A stretch of 64,000 bases of DNA, from contig CAVPMM010000008.1 in NCBI GenBank assembly GCA_963706525.1, positions 202,752 through 266,751 of the forward strand. The letters run 5' to 3'. The position numbers and the translations under genes were made by a program. The notes beneath the pieces were generated by a model. The model made no database searches. It was not told where the DNA came from and was given only the letters and a program-made list of their open reading frames with translations. The stretch comes from an uncultured beta proteobacterium (GTDB taxonomy: Bacteria > Pseudomonadota > Gammaproteobacteria > Burkholderiales > Burkholderiaceae_D). Of the stretch, positions 56,940 through 64,000 are shown one piece after another (the first letter of the stretch is position 1; every line of letters starts with the position of its first letter).

Positions 56940-58322
56940 ATGTCTCAACTTTCCACTGAACAGTTTGCTGGCGACTGGCGCCGCATGCTCGCCGAGTTCT
57001 CGGCACCGGTCCTGCAGCATGTGCAGGCGCTTGCCGAGACATACCAAGAGGCCCTGGCCACCCATTTCTACCAGCACATGCTGGAAGATCCGGCGGCGTC
57101 CAAGCTGATGTCCCACGAACAGGTGCAGTTGCGCCTGCACAGTTCGATGCAGCGCTGGATCGTCAACGTGTTCGCGGCCACCCCGCAGGACGATCTGCAG
57201 GCGCTCGTCACGCGCCAGGTGCAGATCGGCGAGGTGCACGCCCGCATCGACGTGCCGGTGCACCTGGTGCTGCGCGGCGCCGGCAGCCTGAAGCGCAAAT
57301 TCCGCGCGCTGCTGCGGGCCGCGCCGGCCGCGGACGATGTGCCGCGGATCGACGCCGGCCTGCTGGTGGACGAAATCATCGACCTGGCCATGGAGATCAT
57401 GAGCCACGCCTATTCCAATTCGCACGACCGCAACTCACGCGCCGCCGAAGCCTATCGCCTGTTCTCGGTGGTGCAGGATGTCGCCACCGAACGCGAACGC
57501 CAGCGCGCCGCCCTGCTGGACTGGGAAAATCACCTGATGTTCGAACTGGCGGTGGGCCAGTCCGCCGCCCGCCTGCCGCGCCTGGGCTCGGGCGAATTCG
57601 GCCTGTGGTTCCGCCACAAGGGCGCCCATGCATTCCAGGGCGCGGCCGAAACCGAGCTCATCCTGCAGGCGATGCACCAGATCGACGAGGTGTTGCTGCC
57701 GACTTTCGGGGTGGCCGGCAGCACCGACGAAAACCTGCGTGTGCAGCACTTGCGCGAACTGCGCGAGCAGACACGCGGCATCGGCTTCCTGCTCGACGCC
57801 CTGTTCCAGCAGAACAACGAGCTGGAGGCGGGCCGCGACGTCCTCACGCGCCTGCTCAACCGCAAGTTCCTGCCGGTGGTGCTGCGCAAGGAAGTGAATT
57901 ACGCGCGCCAGCGCGGCGCCAGCTTCGCCGTGATGGCGATCGACATCGACCACTTCAAGCGGGTCAACGACACCTACGGCCATGAAGCGGGCGACATGGT
58001 GCTGCAGCAGGTCGCGGTGTTACTGAGCAACAGCAGCCGCGGCGGCGACTACATTTTCCGGCTGGGCGGCGAGGAATTCCTGCTGTTGCTGGTCGACGTC
58101 GACCAGGAGCGCGCCCTGAAGGCGGCCGAAAAGCTGCGCGGCCAGGTGGCGGCGGAAAGTTTCCGCCTGCCGCAGGAGCGCAGCCTGACGGTCACCATCA
58201 GCGTCGGCCTGGCGATATACAACGGCCATCCCGACTACAAGCGCATGCTGCGCCGCGCCGACGACGCGCTGTACCGCGCCAAGCACGGCGGCCGCAATTG
58301 CGTGGTGGTGGCCGAGGAATAG
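56940..58322 (+). CDS. diguanylate cyclase (GGEEF) with an N-terminal globin-coupled-sensor-like domain
   Basis: C-terminal GGDEF domain with RLGGEEFLLLL. The N-terminal roughly 160 aa (FAGDWRRMLAEFSAPVLQHVQALAETYQEALATHFYQHMLEDPAASKLMSHEQVQLRLHSSMQRWIVNVF) resembles sensor globin domains of DosC-type cyclases. The sensor assignment is an inference. Confidence 0.7.
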   Translation: MSQLSTEQFAGDWRRMLAEFSAPVLQHVQALAETYQEALATHFYQHMLEDPAASKLMSHEQVQLRLHSSMQRWIVNVFAATPQDDLQALVTRQVQIGEVHARIDVPVHLVLRGAGSLKRKFRALLRAAPAADDVPRIDAGLLVDEIIDLAMEIMSHAYSNSHDRNSRAAEAYRLFSVVQDVATERERQRAALLDWENHLMFELAVGQSAARLPRLGSGEFGLWFRHKGAHAFQGAAETELILQAMHQIDEVLLPTFGVAGSTDENLRVQHLRELREQTRGIGFLLDALFQQNNELEAGRDVLTRLLNRKFLPVVLRKEVNYARQRGASFAVMAIDIDHFKRVNDTYGHEAGDMVLQQVAVLLSNSSRGGDYIFRLGGEEFLLLLVDVDQERALKAAEKLRGQVAAESFRLPQERSLTVTISVGLAIYNGHPDYKRMLRRADDALYRAKHGGRNCVVVAEE

Positions 58323-58408
58323 CGGCGCGCGGTACTGGCGGCCGCGGCGGCCGGCAGCGCCCACGGCCGCAGGCTTCCGGCCAAGTCCGGAACCACCCCC
58401 ACGCCTCA

Positions 58409-58476
58409 TTGGGAGTATTTTTCAATCCGCCGTGAATACGTCCGAAAATTGCCGATTTTTCGGCATACTCCCCACT
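58409..58476 (+). repeat. GGAGTAT-type intergenic repeat element, palindromic variant R6
   Basis: GGGAGTATTTTTCAA at the left end and TTGAAAAATACTCCC at the right end form perfect 15-bp terminal inverted repeats around about 36 bp. GGAGTAT at 58412-58418 and ATACTCC at 58465-58471 give a 60-bp core. Confidence 0.8.
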
Positions 58477-58498
58477 CTTACCGAATGGCGCCGGGCGC

Positions 58499-59734
<1,236 letters not shown>

Positions 59735-59853
59735 TGCGGCATCCTGACGATGGCTAGGGGTGGTGGAGGCGCCGGCGGCGCGTTCGGTTCGGTGGCAGCC
59801 GCCGAACGGCGCGCCGCGGCGGCGCAATATTCAACGCGCGATGCGGCCGCGCC

Positions 59854-60454
59854 TCATTTTTTCTTGAGCCGGAAGATCGCCAGGCTGCCGCGCCAGTTCG
59901 GCAGCAGCGACACCGGCTGGCCGTCGTCCAGCGCGACGCGGTCCAGCACTTCCAGCCCGACCTCGTTGGCCAGCTGCTCGAAATCGTGGAATCGTCGCGC
60001 AGCGCAGGTTGGGCGTGTCGTACCACTCGTAGGGCAGCGACTTCGACACCGGCATGCGCCCGCGCAGCAGCGCCAGCCGGTGCGGCCAGTAGCCGAAATT
60101 CGGGAACGAGACGATCGCCTCGCGCCCGACCCGCGCGATGTCGCGCAGGATGCCCTCGACGTCCTTCATCATCTGCAGCGCCGACAGGCACAGCACGGTG
60201 TCGAAGGCGTTGTCGGCGAAGATGGCCAGCCCCGCCTCCAGGTCCTGCTGGATCACCGACACGCCGCGCGCGACGCAGACCGGGATCTTGTCGTCGTCGA
60301 TTTCGACGCCGTAGCCGGTGCAGCTCTTGTCGCTGCGCAGGTAGTCGAGCATGACGCCGTCGCCGCAGCCGAGGTCGAGCACGTGCGAGCGCTGGCTCGA
60401 CCCAGTGCGCGATGAAGGCCAGGTCCGGGCGCAGGGCGCTGAGTTGATTGAAAT

Positions 60455-60458
<4 letters not shown>
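59854..60458 (-). CDS. metW: methionine biosynthesis protein MetW, frameshift(s) in the 3' third
   Basis: [20 protein letters not shown]...[51 protein letters not shown].... The start overlaps the metX stop (ATGA). The C-terminus ...LAIFRLKKK is readable in the adjacent frame. Confidence 0.75.
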
Positions 60459-61622
<1,164 letters not shown>

Positions 61623-61851
61623 ACTTTCCTGGTCAAGCCGGGTGGGATTGCTGCAGCGTGGCCATGCTTGAATTGAAAAAGCCCGACAGCGATCCGCTGG
61701 TCGGGCTAGACGATGCCTGCACTTCAAGCACGCTTTAGCCGTATTTATCAAGGCGCCCGCAAGCTGATATCAAATCGGCGCAAGGCATAAGAATAACCAA
61801 CTCGCCTGATACCGTCAAACGCCATCGCCCGGCCGGCAGCGGCGGCGCGGC

Positions 61852-63608
61852 TTAGAGAACCGACAACTGGCTGACCGCTTCGCCGATCGCATCGGGCTCG
61901 AGGGTGCGCAGGATCTTGCGGGTTTGCGGCATCAGCAGGCCGAGGTCGCTGTTCAGGATTTCCTGCTTGACCGACAGCAGTTGCGCCGGATGCATCGAGA
62001 ATTCGCGCAGCCCCATGCCGAGCAGCAGCCGGGTCAGCTTGATGTCGCCGGCCATTTCGCCGCACAGCGACAACCGGGATGCCGGCTTTCTTGCCAGTCG
62101 AGATGATCAGCGCCAGCAGGTGCAGGACGGCCGGATGCAGCGGGTCGTACAGGTGCGCCACTTCGTGGTCGACGCGGTCGATCGCCAGCGTGTACTGGAT
62201 CAGGTCGTTGGTGCCGATCGACAGGAAATCCATGCGCTTGATGAACATCGGCAGCGCCAGCGCCGCCGCCGGCATTTCGATCATCGCGCCCACCGGAATC
62301 GCGGCGTCGAACTTTTTGCGGGCGTCGCGCAGCTGTGCCTTGGCCTGCTCGATCAGCGCCAGCGCCTGGTCGATCTCGAACGCGTGCGCCAGCATCGGGA
62401 TCAGCAGCTTGACCGGGCCGAACGCGGAAGCGCGCAGGATCGCGCGCAACTGCACCAGGAAGATCTGCGGCTCGGCCAGGCAGTAGCGGATCGCGCGCAG
62501 GCCGAGCGCCGGGTTCAGCGCGGTGTGCTCGGCGGTGTCGAGCGGCTTGTCGGCGCCGATGTCGAGGTGCGGATCGTCACCGGCCGCCCCTTCATCGCCA
62601 GCACCGCCTTGCGGTAGGACTCGAACTGCTCGTCCTCGCTGGGCAGCTTGTGGGCGTGGCTCATGCGGCCCATGAACAGGAATTCGGAGCGGAACAGGCC
62701 GACGCCGGCGGCGCCGGCCTCCATCGCCGCCGCGCAATCCTCGGGCAGTTCGATATTGGCCAGCAGCGCGATCTGGGTGCCGTCGCGCGTGACGGCCGGC
62801 GGTCTTCTTCAGCTTGCCGAGCTTCTTGCGCGTGCGCAGCAGGCGCGCCTGCCATTCGCGGTACTGCTCCAGCACCAGCGGCGTCGGATCGACGATCACC
62901 ACGCCGGCGTCGCCGTCGATGATCAGCCAGTCGTCCTGCTCGATCAGCGCCGAGGCATTGTCCATGCCGACCGCGGCCGGGATGTCGAGGCTGCGGGCGA
63001 CGATCGCGGTATGCGAATTCTGGCCGCCGAGATCGGTGACGAAGCCGGAGAAGGCGCGGTCGCGGAACTGCAGCATGTCGGCCGGCGAGATGTCGTGCGC
63101 GACCACGATCACGTCCGCCGGCGCGGCGTCGTCGCCGTTTTTCTTCGGCAGCGTATGGGCGCTGCCGATCAGCACCTTGAGCACGCGCTCGCCGACCTGC
63201 TGGATATCGACCTTGCGCTCGCGCAGGTAGGCGTCCTCGATTTCGTCGAACTGCGCCGACAGTTCGTCGATCTGCGTCACCAGCGCCCACTCGGCGTTGT
63301 AGTGGCGGCTGCGGATGATGTCGAGCGGCGCTCTCGGACATCATCGGGTCGGACAGGATCAGCGCGTGCACGTCGATGAACGCGCGCCAGTTCGGCCGGC
63401 GAATCCGTGCGGCAGTTCGTTCCAGAGCGTCTGCAGCTCCTTCGTGCACCGTGGCGATCGCTTCCTGCAGGCGCTGCACCTCGGCTTCGACCTGCTCTTC
63501 GGCGACCAGGTAATGCTTGACGTCGAGCGCCGCCGGCGTCAGCAGGTGCGCGCGGCCGATCGCGATCCCGCGCGAAACCGGAATGCCATGGAGCGTGAAG
63601 GATGCCAT
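61852..63608 (-). CDS. ptsI: phosphoenolpyruvate-protein phosphotransferase (PTS enzyme I), several frameshifts
   Basis: N-terminus MASFTLHGIPVSRGIAIGRAHLL. Middle ...VVAHDISPADMLQF...LGGQNSHTAIVARSLDIPAAVG. C-terminus ...LIPMLAHAFEIDQALA...SIGTNDLIQYTLAIDR. Confidence 0.8.
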
Positions 63609-63648
63609 CGGGTTCAATTGGTTGCGTCAGTTCCGGCGGCGCCGGCGC

Positions 63649-63918
63649 TCATTCGCCTTCGCCGAACTTTTCGGCAATCAGCGCCGCCAGCGCCTCCAGG
63701 CATTCGGCCTCGTCGGCGCCATCGGCTTCCAGCGTCACCTTCGCGCCCTTGCCGGCGGCCAGCATCATCACGCCCATGATCGATTTGGCATTGACCCGCC
63801 GCTCGTTGCGCGTCATCCAGACTTCGCTCTGGAATTTCGCGGCGAGCTGCGTCAGTTTGGCGGAGGCGCGTGCATGCAGGCCGAGCTTGTTGATGATTTC
63901 GATTTCTTTCTGAATCAT
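63649..63918 (-). CDS. ptsH: HPr family phosphocarrier protein
   Basis: 89 aa: MIQKEIEIINKLGLHARASAKLTQLAAKF, with the active His in GLHARAS. Confidence 0.85.
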   Translation of the reverse strand: MIQKEIEIINKLGLHARASAKLTQLAAKFQSEVWMTRNERRVNAKSIMGVMMLAAGKGAKVTLEADGADEAECLEALAALIAEKFGEGE

Positions 63919-64000
63919 ATTTTAATTTTTTTATGCCGACGCCAACAAATTACAACACTCCCCTTCGGCTTGGCGGCATTTAATTGACCGATACCCGGAT

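Overview
GC-rich (about 65-68% GC) chromosomal window that looks like core genome of a betaproteobacterium. The Burkholderiales-like assignment is an inference from synteny: gatCAB lies divergent from mreBCD-mrdA-rodA-rlpA, and the order dacC-dat-ybeD...lipB-lipA and yraN-diaA-dolP/lpoA<>rsmI is conserved. Both strands are densely coding. I can support about 60 protein genes. These include the partial ABC permease and its binding protein, a 2Fe-2S ferredoxin, dacC, dat, ybeD, an FbpABC-type Fe3+ transporter, lipB and lipA, an amidohydrolase lipoprotein, a split short-chain chrA pair, three c-di-GMP turnover proteins, the TlpA/DsrE/cupin/DUF2784 cluster, a LemA-M48 pair, the YraN-DiaA-BON-LpoA/RsmI block, PagP, a DTW protein, NfeD-slipin, rlpA-rodA-mrdA-mreDCB, gatCAB, a T4 endonuclease V-like pyrimidine dimer glycosylase, gshA, an EamA transporter, pyrE, xthA, a Nu-class GST, ampG, metXW, ptsI and ptsH. 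I found no tRNA or rRNA genes, no CRISPR array, and no transposase, integrase or phage genes. Two global observations. First, many conserved housekeeping genes (dacC, lipB, lipA, the whole mre/mrd/rodA cluster, gatA, gatB, metW, metX, ptsI, pyrE, xthA and others) are broken by frameshifts, while long stretches such as 11.4-23.1 kb are clean. This pattern points to non-uniform indel errors in the assembly rather than true pseudogenes. Second, a previously unnamed intergenic repeat family occurs six times in the window. Five copies carry two direct GGAGTAT half-sites exactly 53 bp apart with a conserved internal CCCGA at positions 31-35. The sixth copy is a 60-bp palindromic variant. This repeat family is the most distinctive unexplained structure in the window. 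I did not find a canonical defense or mobile 'system'.
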